From positions 1,184,001 through 1,248,000 of the forward strand of contig OZ253496.1 in NCBI GenBank assembly GCA_965262115.1: 64,000 nucleotides of DNA, given 5' to 3'. The translations under genes were made by a program, and so were the position numbers. The DNA is from Nitrospinales bacterium. GTDB taxonomy: Bacteria; Nitrospinota; Nitrospinia; Nitrospinales; VA-1. A model generated the notes under the pieces. It did not search any database. It saw only the letters and a list, made by a program, of their open reading frames with translations, and had not been told where the DNA came from. Below are positions 8,811 through 18,703 of this stretch, piece after piece (the first letter of the stretch is position 1; each line of letters begins with the position of its first letter).

Positions 8811-10730
8811 ATGGATATCGTTTTATTCCTTCTAATCATGCTTGCATTTCTGAGTGTCGGGAGAACCTTCACTCAAAAATTATGGCATTTGAATTTTACC
8901 GGCCCTGCTGAGACGTTTGTTTTTTCCTCTGCCTTAGGTTCAGTCATCGCCTCAGCGCTGGTAACCGGTCTGGCATTTACAGGCCAAGTCTCTTCTTCAA
9001 CCTGCTGGGCCGTGCTGGCAGTCCTGCTTGCATTCGGGCTGAGTTTTCTTAGAGAGTGCAGACAATGGAGATTTAAAACAGGTACAATTTTTTTTCCTTT
9101 GTCCCCGTTAAAAACTTCTATCCAGGTTATTTCAGGAGTTCTTATTCTCTTGTCATTGAGTCTCGCTCTGGCCCCGGCATTTGCCACCGATGCTCTGGTT
9201 TATCATCTGGCAGTGCCTAAGGCATTCCTTGAAGCAGGGGGCATCATCAACCTGCCGAACAATGTTTTTTCTTTTTATCCACAGCATATGGAGATGCTGT
9301 ACCTGTTTGCCCTGGCATTGGGAACGGACCATTTAGCCCAATTGACAGGATTGGGAATCGTCTTCCTGCTTCTTATCGCCCTGCACCAGTATTACCGGCA
9401 GAAAGGTTCGGCGACGTACGCCCTCCTGGTTCCGGTAGTGTTTCTTTCGACTCCCGCTTTTTTCACCGTGGCCTACTCAGCCTATGTTGATCTACAGACA
9501 GCGGCTTATGTCTTCATGGCCTTCTACGCCTGGGAAAACTGGCGAAGCCGAAAACAAATTGGCTGGTTTTACATTATGACTGTGTTCGCAGGGACAGCTT
9601 TGGCCACCAAGCTCTCCGCCGTAATCGTTTTGCCCCTGGCATTCCTCGGCGTTGTCCTGCAAGGCGAAACGTCTGCAAAAAAAGTTTTAGGGCGATGCTT
9701 TATCTTTGCATTTGTGGCTTTGCTTTTCATCTTTCCCTGGTGGGGGAGAAACTTTTTTTTCACCGGAAACCCTTTCGCCCTTTTTTTTATGCAGTTTTTT
9801 GGGGGAGATCAGGGCATGAACTGGGACCTCGCGCGTTCCCTGCAACATTTCCAATATTTCTCTTCCTACGGAATGGGACATGGCGTTCTGGACTTTTTAT
9901 TATTACCCATCAACCTGACATTTTTCGGCCAGCCTCATTCCCTTAAATTCGATGGCCAGATTGGCATTCTTTATTTCCTGCTTCTTCCCGCGTTGTTTGG
10001 CCTTCGACGGCAGTCAATTCCTATGGTCGTCACATTTTTTATACTCATGGTGTTCTGGTTTACCCAAACCCAGCAGGCCCGTTTGCTGGGTACCGCTTTC
10101 GCTTTTCTCGCCATTTTGTCGATAAAAGGGTTGGAAGAATGGTTTTCCTCACAAAAAAGCAACGTCGGGGAAAAGGAAAAAACCTTTTTACTCGCAGTCC
10201 TGGTGCTTGGGCTCACATTCAATACTTCCCTGATCGCAAAAACCTGGGCGCAGATTCAACCTTTACCCTATATCTTCCAGAAAGAAAGCCGGGAACCTTT
10301 TCTGATGCGACAAATCCCGGCTTATCCGGTCTACCTGTCCGCCAATCACATCGTCGAGCAAGATGAAAAAATATTATTGGTCTACATGAGAAACCTGGGT
10401 TTTCTAATGGACAAGCCCTTTTTCAGCGATTCTATTTTTGAAACCCACACCTTGAAAGAAATCATTGATGAAGAGGTTTATGCGGGGGATATCATCAATA
10501 GATTGAAGTCCATGGGCATCACCCATATCCTGTTCAACCATGAATTTGTTTTCGGGAAATACTCGGCGTTTTCACCGGGGGAAAGGGGAATCCTGAAAAA
10601 TTTCCTGGCCCGTCATGCTCAACGCATACTAGTAAAAAACGAGTTTTTCCTGTACCGCTTTGTGCTAGACTTGGAACCTGGAAATCCGAATAAAAACTCA
10701 GGCCTTATATCCGTTCCCCTGAATCATTGA
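8811..10730 (+). CDS. Polytopic membrane glycosyltransferase (GT-C / ArnT-PMT-like)
   Basis: Many TM helices, 'DALVYHLAVPK', 'WWGRNFFFTGNPF'. Confidence 0.75.
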   Translation: MDIVLFLLIMLAFLSVGRTFTQKLWHLNFTGPAETFVFSSALGSVIASALVTGLAFTGQVSSSTCWAVLAVLLAFGLSFLRECRQWRFKTGTIFFPLSPLKTSIQVISGVLILLSLSLALAPAFATDALVYHLAVPKAFLEAGGIINLPNNVFSFYPQHMEMLYLFALALGTDHLAQLTGLGIVFLLLIALHQYYRQKGSATYALLVPVVFLSTPAFFTVAYSAYVDLQTAAYVFMAFYAWENWRSRKQIGWFYIMTVFAGTALATKLSAVIVLPLAFLGVVLQGETSAKKVLGRCFIFAFVALLFIFPWWGRNFFFTGNPFALFFMQFFGGDQGMNWDLARSLQHFQYFSSYGMGHGVLDFLLLPINLTFFGQPHSLKFDGQIGILYFLLLPALFGLRRQSIPMVVTFFILMVFWFTQTQQARLLGTAFAFLAILSIKGLEEWFSSQKSNVGEKEKTFLLAVLVLGLTFNTSLIAKTWAQIQPLPYIFQKESREPFLMRQIPAYPVYLSANHIVEQDEKILLVYMRNLGFLMDKPFFSDSIFETHTLKEIIDEEVYAGDIINRLKSMGITHILFNHEFVFGKYSAFSPGERGILKNFLARHAQRILVKNEFFLYRFVLDLEPGNPNKNSGLISVPLNH

Positions 10731-10770
10731 AGAATGGGTGTCGGGCTTTTATATTTGAAGGATAAGCAAT

Positions 10771-11373
10771 ATGGAGCGGCTTGCTGGTAAAAACATACTG
10801 ATCGTCATCCCCAAGGACTATTATATGGAGAGCGAACTCACTCCGGTTCTTGAGTCCATGAATGCGGAGGGGGCCAACATCTTAGTGGCCTCCAATAAAT
10901 TGAAAGAATCCGTCGGGATGAAGGGCGGCAAATTCAAACCGGATGTCCTGATTGTTGACGCAATAGAAGGCATCACCGGTGACAGTTATGTTTCCGCCGG
11001 CAAAGGGGTTCGCCAGATCAAAGGGGTTTTTCACGGGGTCATTGTCATAGGGGGAAATGGGGCCAGATCTTATCTGTGGAAAGATGAACTTCTGCGGCTA
11101 CTGATCAGTGACCGCTACCGCTCCCGGATGGTAATCGCAGCCATCGGTAGCGCCGTTCCTTGCCTTGGGAAAGCCGGACTCCTGCAAAGCCTCGAAGTCA
11201 CCACCGAGGCCGGAAACAAAAAAGCTATCGCTGCTTTGGAAGATTCCAAAGCCATTCTTGTGAATGAGCCGATGACCGTCACCGACCGTATTTTCACAGT
11301 GCGGGACGCAAACGCTATTCCTGCTTTTCTTGACCCCTTCATAGAAGAAGTGGCGAAAACACCTACAAAATAA
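10771..11373 (+). CDS. DJ-1/PfpI family protein
   Basis: 'ILIVIP....ESEL', 'VIGGNGA', 'IAAIGSAVPCLGKAGLL'. Confidence 0.85.
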   Translation: MERLAGKNILIVIPKDYYMESELTPVLESMNAEGANILVASNKLKESVGMKGGKFKPDVLIVDAIEGITGDSYVSAGKGVRQIKGVFHGVIVIGGNGARSYLWKDELLRLLISDRYRSRMVIAAIGSAVPCLGKAGLLQSLEVTTEAGNKKAIAALEDSKAILVNEPMTVTDRIFTVRDANAIPAFLDPFIEEVAKTPTK

Positions 11374-11382
11374 CCATTCTTC

Positions 11383-11733
11383 TCAGCCCTGACTCCGTCT
11401 TTCTTCTTGAGTTAGGATGATTTTCAACCTGAGCTTGATCGCGTCATTCAGACTTTGGACAATGCGATCGTTAGAATCCGGGAAATGCAGCTTCTGGTTG
11501 AACTCATCCAGTGAGTGGGTTTCAAGCAACTTGGCAAACGCCTCGTCCACAAAAGGCCGGGTCATCTTCATCACACCCTCAAAATAGACGGAAATTTTTT
11601 CGTACTTGTCCCAGTTTTCAAGGATGAGATTTTGGATCGTATCCCCTGCAGGCGCCCCCTCCTCCGACGTTCTTCCCGCCGGGGTCGAGGTGCCCATGAT
11701 TTTATAAACGTCGATTTTAAATTCGTCTTCCAT
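11383..11733 (-). CDS. STAS-like (DUF4325-type) protein
   Basis: 'VYFEGVMKMTRPFVDEAFAKL' fits the 'DF.GV....SF.DEAFG.L' pattern. Confidence 0.75.
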   Translation of the reverse strand: MEDEFKIDVYKIMGTSTPAGRTSEEGAPAGDTIQNLILENWDKYEKISVYFEGVMKMTRPFVDEAFAKLLETHSLDEFNQKLHFPDSNDRIVQSLNDAIKLRLKIILTQEERRSQG

Positions 11734-11763
11734 ATTTACTCGGCCTTAACGGGAATACTTTCC

Positions 11764-12270
11764 CTAACGGTTAACAATTTTAACGGACTTCATTTCCACT
11801 CTTTCATCGGGGTTGTCCTTGGGGTCACGCGGTACATTGACGATCTTGTCGACAACTTCCATTCCCTTAATCACCCTGCCGAAAACCGTATACTGGTTGT
11901 CCAGAAAATGCGAGTCCTTGACCACAATATAAAACTGCGAACCGGCACTGTTGGGGTCCTGTGACCGCGCCATTGACAGAATTCCCCGGTCATGCGGCGT
12001 GTCATTGAACTCAGCATCAATGGAATAGCCTGGCCCACCCGTTCCATGCGTGGAGCGATCCTCGCTCTTAGAGTTGGAGTCCCCACCCTGAATCATAAAA
12101 CCGGGAATCACACGGTGGAACGTGGTGCCATCGTAATAACCCTTATTGGCCAGGTCTTTAAAGTTTTTGACATGGCCAGGTGCTTTATCTTCCAGAAACT
12201 CCAGCTCAATGTTTCCCATCGTCGTTTCTAATATTGCAATCTCATTGCTTTCCACATCGGTACCGGTCAT
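11764..12270 (-). CDS. Cyclophilin-type peptidyl-prolyl isomerase, copy without signal peptide
   Basis: 'FHRVIPGFMIQGGD', 'LSMARSQDPNSAGSQFYI', 'YTVFGRV'. Confidence 0.92.
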   Translation of the reverse strand: MTGTDVESNEIAILETTMGNIELEFLEDKAPGHVKNFKDLANKGYYDGTTFHRVIPGFMIQGGDSNSKSEDRSTHGTGGPGYSIDAEFNDTPHDRGILSMARSQDPNSAGSQFYIVVKDSHFLDNQYTVFGRVIKGMEVVDKIVNVPRDPKDNPDERVEMKSVKIVNR

Positions 12271-12471
12271 CAATACACCTATAAAGAATGGGTATAAGGC
12301 CTATCAGCATCTTCAGAAAATAGAAGAAACCTTCCTCACCCCTGTTATTGTTTTAAGCGGAAACGCTGTTCAATGTACAGAGCATCATCCGCCGATTTAA
12401 TCAACTACATTACAAAACCCACTTGAGGGCCAATGTTTTTGAAATACTCTGATAGACAAAAAAAGCTCTGC

Positions 12472-13026
12472 CTAACGGTTAACAATTTTAACGGACTTCA
12501 TTTCCACTCTTTTGTCGGGGTTGTCCCGGGAATCGCGCGATACGCTCACGATCTTGTCGACAACTTCCATTCCCTTAATCACCCTGCCAAAAACAGTATA
12601 CTGGTTGTCCAGAAAATGCGAGTCCTTGACCACAATATAAAACTGCGAACCGGCACTATCAGGGTCCTGTGACCGCGCCATTGACAAAATTCCCCGGTCA
12701 TGTGGCGTATCATTGAATTCCGCCTTGATGGTGTAACCGGGGCCTCCCATTCCGTGTGTGGAACGGTTTGTGCTCTTGGAATTGGGGTCCCCACCCTGAA
12801 TCATAAAACCGGGAATCACACGGTGGAACGTGGTGCCATCATAAAAGCCCTTCTTGGCCAGGTCTTTAAAGTTTTTGACATGGCCAGGTGCTTTATCTTC
12901 CAGAAACTCTAACTCAATGTTTCCCATCGTCGTCTCTATTATTGCAATCTCACCACCGAACGCCGAGGTTCCAGCCATCAGCACACCCATCAGGCACACG
13001 GCAATTCCTTTAACAAACAAATTCAT
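12472..13026 (-). CDS. Cyclophilin-type peptidyl-prolyl isomerase, copy with signal peptide
   Basis: Same motifs as neighbour; N-terminal MNLFVKGIAVCLMGVLMAGTSAFG; GGAGG RBS. Confidence 0.93.
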   Translation of the reverse strand: MNLFVKGIAVCLMGVLMAGTSAFGGEIAIIETTMGNIELEFLEDKAPGHVKNFKDLAKKGFYDGTTFHRVIPGFMIQGGDPNSKSTNRSTHGMGGPGYTIKAEFNDTPHDRGILSMARSQDPDSAGSQFYIVVKDSHFLDNQYTVFGRVIKGMEVVDKIVSVSRDSRDNPDKRVEMKSVKIVNR

Positions 13027-13192
13027 GAAACCTCCAGATAAAAAAGGGATAATAGTCAGACATATTAATTTGTTTCCCGATTTTTATTTAATATGTTTCC
13101 GGGAAAAATATGTTTCCGGGAAAAATGATTCGATCAGGATAATTTAAAAAGAGGTATTTTAGCAGGTTGCCGGGAAAGTCTCAATAAATGTC

Positions 13193-13320
13193 ATGAGCCT
13201 TAAATCCGCATTTCTCATTTGCAACTACCTTTTGGCCGGACTGGCCCTGGCCTGTCTGGTTTTGAGCAAGATTTATTCTCCCCTGTCCGGCCTGATATTC
13301 TCTGTCGGCATCGTCCTCTG
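13193..13320 (+). pseudogene. N-terminal fragment of a membrane protein (possibly DUF3488/transglutaminase type) cut by a MITE
   Basis: Two hydrophobic helices (MSLKSAFLICNYLLAGLALACLVL...) run straight into MITE sequence near 13315. Confidence 0.5.
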
Positions 13321-13513
13321 CATAAGTCGAAGAATCGAGATGCTTCGAGATACCCCTACGGGGCAAGAATTCAAAGGTCAAATATCACTAGCTCAGCATG
13401 ACAATACTGGGCCATTTTGTCATTCTGAACGATTGCATTGTCATTCTGAACGCAGTGAAGAATCTCGTTGTCTGTCGTGCCCCGCAGGGGTTCTCGGGTT
13501 ATGCAAAGCTCTC
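13311..13513 (+). mobile_element. MITE copy (TTTGCATAA...TTATGCAAAG ends) with nested module-A inserts
   Basis: Shares GCATAAGTCGA, AGCTCAGCATGACAATACTGGGCCATTTTGTCATTCTGA and GGGTTATGCAAAG with 33282-33409; extra TACCCCTACGGGGCA and TGCCCCGCAGGGGT segments. Confidence 0.85.
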
Positions 13514-13622
13514 ATCACAAAGGGGTTGACAGGCCACCCCGCCTGCGAAATAATAGGCTAATTCACTATTTTTTAAGCACTTATATTAGCCGGGCCGGAG
13601 CATTGCGGTTCGGCACTTTATA

Positions 13623-14762
13623 TTGAAACAAATCCTGTTTATGGACGTTTACTGGGAACAATTCAAGACCCCTTTCCTCTGTTTTGCCGGGTTTTCCGGG
13701 GTGGGCAAGACCACCTTGCTGGAACGGTTGATCAAACGGTTTACTGAAGAAGACATCCGTGTTGGCTACTATAAACACGATGCGCACCGTTTTTCAATCG
13801 ACAAGGAGGGTAAGGACACAGCCCGGGCCACCCATGCCGGTGCCGGCATCACCACGATCAATGATCCCCGGCACTTTGCCATCGTTGCCGACAACGCCTT
13901 TAAGAAACGTTCGATCACCCATGCTCTGGAACAATGCGACTGTATTCTGATCGAAGGGTACAAACAATCCCCCTTCGACAAGATCGTTTTTCTCGATCCG
14001 GAAGGACAGTTGCCAATTCCTTCGGAAATTCCCGGCATCAAGGCCGTTGTCCATCAAGGAATCATCGGTGAAGGCCTGCCTGATGTCCCGCGTTTTCACC
14101 GCGATGAAATCGAGCCCATCTACCAGTTCGTGCGCGATCATTTCAAAAGCCAGGAAAGTGAACTCTATGGAGCAGTGTTTGTAGGCGGACAAAGCAAGCG
14201 CATGGGAAAACCCAAGTTCTCGCTTTCTTATAACGGCATCTCGGAAACCGAACGCCTGATACAGGTTTTGCAAAAGTTCTGCGATAAAGTGATGCTGTCT
14301 TCAAGAGCCAACTTGGACATGGGATTTTTAGGCAACCTGACCAATGTCGAGCGGGTCAACGATGACCATACCGGACTCGGACCCGTAGGAGGACTGGCCA
14401 CCTTGATGGGCCGGTTCCCGGAAAAAGCCTGGCTGGTCACCGCCTGCGACATGCCTTTCCTCGATGAAAAAAATATCAAAACCATTGTCGAAGCCCGCGA
14501 CCCACTCCGCTACGGCACCTGTTATATCCAGAAAGGTGGGCTGGGTGTCGAACCTATGTGCGCTATCTATGAACCCAAATTCATTCTTCCGCTTTATGAA
14601 GCCATGTCGCGGCGTGAACTGTCGCCCACACGCCTCATCAGCGAACTGCCGTTCAAGCAGGTCAAGATCGCCGAAACCGACCGCTACAATTTTATGAACG
14701 TCAACACGCCCGAAGAATACGAAATTGCCCGCTCAAAAAGGGAGAAGGAAAATATGCCATAA
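13623..14762 (+). CDS. mobAB: Fused molybdopterin-guanine dinucleotide biosynthesis protein MobB-MobA
   Basis: N-terminal GFSGVGKTT...YKHDAH...DKEGKDT...LIEGYK (MobB); C-terminal 'GGQSKRMGKPK', 'GPVGGL', 'ACDMPF', 'FMNVNTPEEY' (MobA). Confidence 0.9.
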   Translation: MKQILFMDVYWEQFKTPFLCFAGFSGVGKTTLLERLIKRFTEEDIRVGYYKHDAHRFSIDKEGKDTARATHAGAGITTINDPRHFAIVADNAFKKRSITHALEQCDCILIEGYKQSPFDKIVFLDPEGQLPIPSEIPGIKAVVHQGIIGEGLPDVPRFHRDEIEPIYQFVRDHFKSQESELYGAVFVGGQSKRMGKPKFSLSYNGISETERLIQVLQKFCDKVMLSSRANLDMGFLGNLTNVERVNDDHTGLGPVGGLATLMGRFPEKAWLVTACDMPFLDEKNIKTIVEARDPLRYGTCYIQKGGLGVEPMCAIYEPKFILPLYEAMSRRELSPTRLISELPFKQVKIAETDRYNFMNVNTPEEYEIARSKREKENMP

Positions 14763-14821
14763 TAGCAACCCATTAGCTTGAGCATTGCATGAGTATACCT
14801 GGTGAGGATAAAAACATTGTC

Positions 14822-14880
14822 AAACCACCATCACCTCAATCCTCTCCCTCCAGGGGAGAGGATTGAGGTGATGGTGGTTT
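14822..14880. repeat. Perfect 27-bp-arm palindrome (CCTCTCCC...GGGAGAGG family)
   Basis: AAACCACCATCACCTCAATCCTCTCCC-TCCAG-GGGAGAGGATTGAGGTGATGGTGGTTT. Confidence 0.85.
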
Positions 14881-14959
14881 AATATGACTGAACTCAACCC
14901 CATAATCATTTGTCCATACAAAATACAGATTGAAGTGACCAACTATTAGAGGCACCATC

Positions 14960-16171
14960 ATGAGTATGATCCCGGTCCAGGAAGCGCTGGACAAAATCCT
15001 TGCAAAAATTAATTTCAAAGGGGTGGAGAAGGTTTCTCTCGATGAGGCCCTGGGCAGAGTGCTGGCAGAAGATGTCGTCTCCCGAATCAGCAACCCACCG
15101 CTCGACAACTCTGCGATGGATGGTTATGCCCTGATTGCCGCAGACATTCAGTCTGCCACCCCGGAAAATCCGGTCAAGCTGGAAGTGGTCGAAGAAATTG
15201 CCGCCGGGTACACAGCCAAAGGCACGTTGAAACCGGGTCAGGCCATGCGCATCATGACGGGCGCACCCATCCCGCCCGGCGCCACTGCCGTGCTCATGCA
15301 GGAAGACACTGAAAAAGCCGGTACCTCCATCCTCTGCATGGATAAAGCCCACGACCAGGAAAATATCCGCGAAGCCGGGGAAGATGTGAAGGTCGGTGAA
15401 TCCGTCCTCAAAAAAGGAACCACCCTGAGCCCGGCCCATATCGGTATGCTGGCGGTGGTGGGCCGGTCACAGATCGCCGTCAGCCAGCGTCCCACGGTGG
15501 CGATTTTATCCACCGGTGATGAGATTCTTGAAATGGATGAAACACCAGAAGGCCCGCAAATCTTCAACAGCAACGGTCACATGCTGGCGGCGCAGATCAA
15601 ATCCGCCGGCGGCATTCCCGTTTATCTGGGCATCGCCAGGGATACCGAAGAAGACCTGATGGAAAAATTCGCATGGGCCCTGAAAGCCGATATCGTGGTT
15701 TCATCCGGCGGCGTGAGTGTGGGCGACTATGATCTGGTCAAGTCCACCCTGCAGAAGATGGGCCAGGAAATGCTGTTCTGGAAAGTAGCGATGAAACCGG
15801 GCAAACCCCTGGCCTTCGGCCGCATCGGCGAGACCCCGGTTTTTGGGCTGCCGGGCAATCCCGTATCCTCCTTCGTTTCGTTCGAGCAATTTGTACGCCC
15901 ATCCTTGAGAAAGGTGCTGGGCTGTTCTGACCTGTCCCGCAAAACGGTGCAGGCCAAACTGACACGGACCATCCACAAGAAACCGGGCCGACTGCATTTT
16001 CTCAGTTCTATTGTGTCCTGGACCAATGGCGAATACACCGTCACCCCGGCGGGAGAACAAGGTTCAGGAATTTTGAAATCTGCCGCTAACACTAATGGCT
16101 TGCTGATCTTTCCGCTGGAGGCGGAAGAGATTCAACAAGGCCAGGAAGTGGCCGTCCAACTGCTGGAATAA
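14960..16171 (+). CDS. moeA: Molybdopterin molybdenumtransferase
   Basis: 'NSAMDGYA', 'RIMTGAPIP', 'STGDE', 'SGGVSVGDYD', 'KPGKP', 'GLPGNPVS'. Confidence 0.96.
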   Translation: MSMIPVQEALDKILAKINFKGVEKVSLDEALGRVLAEDVVSRISNPPLDNSAMDGYALIAADIQSATPENPVKLEVVEEIAAGYTAKGTLKPGQAMRIMTGAPIPPGATAVLMQEDTEKAGTSILCMDKAHDQENIREAGEDVKVGESVLKKGTTLSPAHIGMLAVVGRSQIAVSQRPTVAILSTGDEILEMDETPEGPQIFNSNGHMLAAQIKSAGGIPVYLGIARDTEEDLMEKFAWALKADIVVSSGGVSVGDYDLVKSTLQKMGQEMLFWKVAMKPGKPLAFGRIGETPVFGLPGNPVSSFVSFEQFVRPSLRKVLGCSDLSRKTVQAKLTRTIHKKPGRLHFLSSIVSWTNGEYTVTPAGEQGSGILKSAANTNGLLIFPLEAEEIQQGQEVAVQLLE

Positions 16172-16180
16172 ATCGGTGCT

Positions 16181-18235
16181 ATGAAATTTTTACATAACTT
16201 ATTTCCACAGAGATTACCCGTGCCGGGCACGATGGTTAAGGAAGAGCAACCCCCCTGGCCCCTCTTGACAGGGGGGAACCTGATCGTCCCCCTGACAAGG
16301 GGGATTGAGGGGGTTAAACATTCCCCATTAACAGGCAAAAAAACTCCTGCCCGAAGACCTGGAGTAGTGAAAAGACGAACAAAAAACCTGAATCGCCGCA
16401 CCGCTTCACGGCCCGCAACGACGGCTTGCGCAAAACTCTCCTTTCTCATGGCCCTGATCCTGATCTTGCCGGTCAACGCGTGGGCTCAGTCGAGCGCGTC
16501 TCTCGACCGGATGATCAGTCAGATCGAGTCGCTGTTCCCGCCTCTTGAAGGCTATGTGATCGAGGTGGAAGGTTCCGGCCTGACTCTCGACCTCAGGCAA
16601 GGGATGCCGGTGGAACCCGGTGACCGGTTAATACTCATCCGCTATGGCCGGGAACTGTTCCACCCCGTCACCAAGAAAAAAATAGGCCGCAAGGAAACCG
16701 ATCTCGGTGAGGTGGAAGTGCTGGAAGTGAGAAAGAATTTTTCCAGAGCCCGTGCTCTGGACCCGACGGTGCTCCCGAAAGAAGGCGACGGGGTGAGAAG
16801 CCCGTTCCAAAAACTTTCATTTCTGGTCGCTCCACCCCAAATAAAAACCAAAAAGAAAGTCAATGCCAACCGCCTGCGTTACAACCTTGAATCTCGCTTA
16901 AACCGGCACCCCAGGTTTGAAGTTCCTTCATTCGACCTCGGATTGTGGATGGCCGAAGAAAAACTCAACATCAAGACGGCCCTGCAACCCAGGAACCTGG
17001 AAAAACTGCATCGCAAGGTCGAGGCCGACTTCATTCTGGTTCCCAGCGTCCGTTCTGTGAAAGGAAAAATGGCGCTGAACTACAAGCTGATCTCAGCCAT
17101 TGACGGTTCCCTTAAAAAACAAGCCGACATCATGTCCGAAGGTCTGCCGACCCCGGATGCGCCGAGGGAACGGAGTCGCGGAGCACAATCCAGCTTTAAG
17201 CACAAAGGTGATTTGTTCAAGTTTATCTCCAAACAGGAGTTTCATTATGAGATGGTCGACTTCGATGTCGGCGATTTGAACGGTGATGGCAAGAACGAGT
17301 TCGTGCTCATCGACCGCTATCGGGTGATGATATTTGAAAACAAAAAGGGCCGTTTGAAAAGAATCAGCACGGTCAGGACCAGCAAAACCGCCAACCATTT
17401 TCTCGGCGTCGATGTGGCAGACATCAACGGCAATGGCCGGGCTGAAATTTTTGTCACCAACCAGGTCGGCGACAGACTGGAATCTTTCTCTCTGGAAAGT
17501 AACCCGAAACAAAAAAGGTTCAACTATACATGGAAAGACGCCAACCTCTATTTTCGTATCATCCGGCCTATGGGGAAGCGGCCCATATTGATGTCGCAAA
17601 GTCCCGGATTTCAAAATCCGTTTCACGGCCCGATCAAAAAAGTGTTGTTCAAAAACGGAAAATACCGGCAAGGCCCCAAGCTGAACACCCCCGACGTATA
17701 TGGGACACACTTCATATTATATGGACTGACGCAAGAAGACCTGAACCGTAACGGGACGGCGGAAACCATAGTGCTTGATAATAATTATCATTTAAGAGTA
17801 TATGCCGCCAACGGGCGGCTGGTAGTAAAATCAGATGATTACTACGGTCATGATCCGCGCCTGATCGAGGTCGGAGTCAAAGAGGAAATCGCCGGCCTGG
17901 TCCGTCAGGGTGAACCGGTACGTTTTAAAGGTCGGCTGGAATTTGTCAAAATGGGCGGCAGCCGCTACCTTTTGCTGCCCATGAACCAGACCCTGGGCGG
18001 AGGGTTTTTAGACCGGCTGGTGATCGTGGAAAATTCAGGCCTGGCCCTACTGCGGCTGACCGGAGAAGGCTTTGAAAAAGCCTTTGAGTCCAGCAAACAA
18101 AAGGGTTTTCTGGCAACTTACCGGGTGATTCCCCATAAGAATGGAGCCGGGGTTTATATGCTCCGGGTCGATAAGGACATTTTGACCGGCAGCGTGTTCA
18201 GCGCACTGTCGACTTATGAGTGGTCGGTTGAGTAA
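16181..18235 (+). CDS. Exported FG-GAP/VCBS-repeat protein (start may be downstream, e.g. GTG 16367)
   Basis: Signal-like 'LSFLMALILILPVNAWA', repeats 'DVGDLNGDGKNE', 'DVADINGNGRAEI', 'DLNRNGTAETI'. Confidence 0.8.
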   Translation: MKFLHNLFPQRLPVPGTMVKEEQPPWPLLTGGNLIVPLTRGIEGVKHSPLTGKKTPARRPGVVKRRTKNLNRRTASRPATTACAKLSFLMALILILPVNAWAQSSASLDRMISQIESLFPPLEGYVIEVEGSGLTLDLRQGMPVEPGDRLILIRYGRELFHPVTKKKIGRKETDLGEVEVLEVRKNFSRARALDPTVLPKEGDGVRSPFQKLSFLVAPPQIKTKKKVNANRLRYNLESRLNRHPRFEVPSFDLGLWMAEEKLNIKTALQPRNLEKLHRKVEADFILVPSVRSVKGKMALNYKLISAIDGSLKKQADIMSEGLPTPDAPRERSRGAQSSFKHKGDLFKFISKQEFHYEMVDFDVGDLNGDGKNEFVLIDRYRVMIFENKKGRLKRISTVRTSKTANHFLGVDVADINGNGRAEIFVTNQVGDRLESFSLESNPKQKRFNYTWKDANLYFRIIRPMGKRPILMSQSPGFQNPFHGPIKKVLFKNGKYRQGPKLNTPDVYGTHFILYGLTQEDLNRNGTAETIVLDNNYHLRVYAANGRLVVKSDDYYGHDPRLIEVGVKEEIAGLVRQGEPVRFKGRLEFVKMGGSRYLLLPMNQTLGGGFLDRLVIVENSGLALLRLTGEGFEKAFESSKQKGFLATYRVIPHKNGAGVYMLRVDKDILTGSVFSALSTYEWSVE

Positions 18236-18308
18236 GGGACTTTCTACATCCCTCCCTTCATAAGGGAGGGGAAACATTACTGAATATGGTTCCTCCCCCT
18301 CTCATGAG

Positions 18309-18426
18309 GGGAGCTTTGCATAACCCAAGATTCTTCGTTGCAATAGCTCCTCAGAATGACAAAATGGCCCAGTATTATCATGCTGAGCTAGTGTATTTGA
18401 CCTTTGAATTCTTGCCGCGGAGGGGT
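18309..18426 (-). mobile_element. Partial MITE copy, inverted
   Basis: GAGCTTTGCATAACCC...CAGAATGACAAAATGGCCCAGTATTATCATGCTGAGCTAGTG...GACCTTTGAATTCTTGCC is the reverse complement of most of the 13311 copy. Confidence 0.8.
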
Positions 18427-18703
18427 GTGGATTGTTTTTATGGAATCCATAATCCAACCCTCCCCTGGCCCCTCCCTATGAAGGGAGGGGAACGCCTGGA
18501 AGCTAGAAACTGGAAAAAATCAGCAAAAATGCCAAATAACCCTTGATTTTTATTTTATTTAGCGGTATTTTTACTGGGATTTGTATGCGGTTTTTAATGG
18601 GCTTTGATTTACGCGCAAAGTTTTATCTAAAAGTTTGCTGGAAATTTTGTTAGAAATATAAAACAGTCGTATTAGCCATCAACAAAACTTGGAGGAGACA
18701 AGC

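Noticed and set aside
13193..13561. 122-aa ORF as a real full-length protein
   Set aside because: Everything after about residue 43 is translated MITE sequence.
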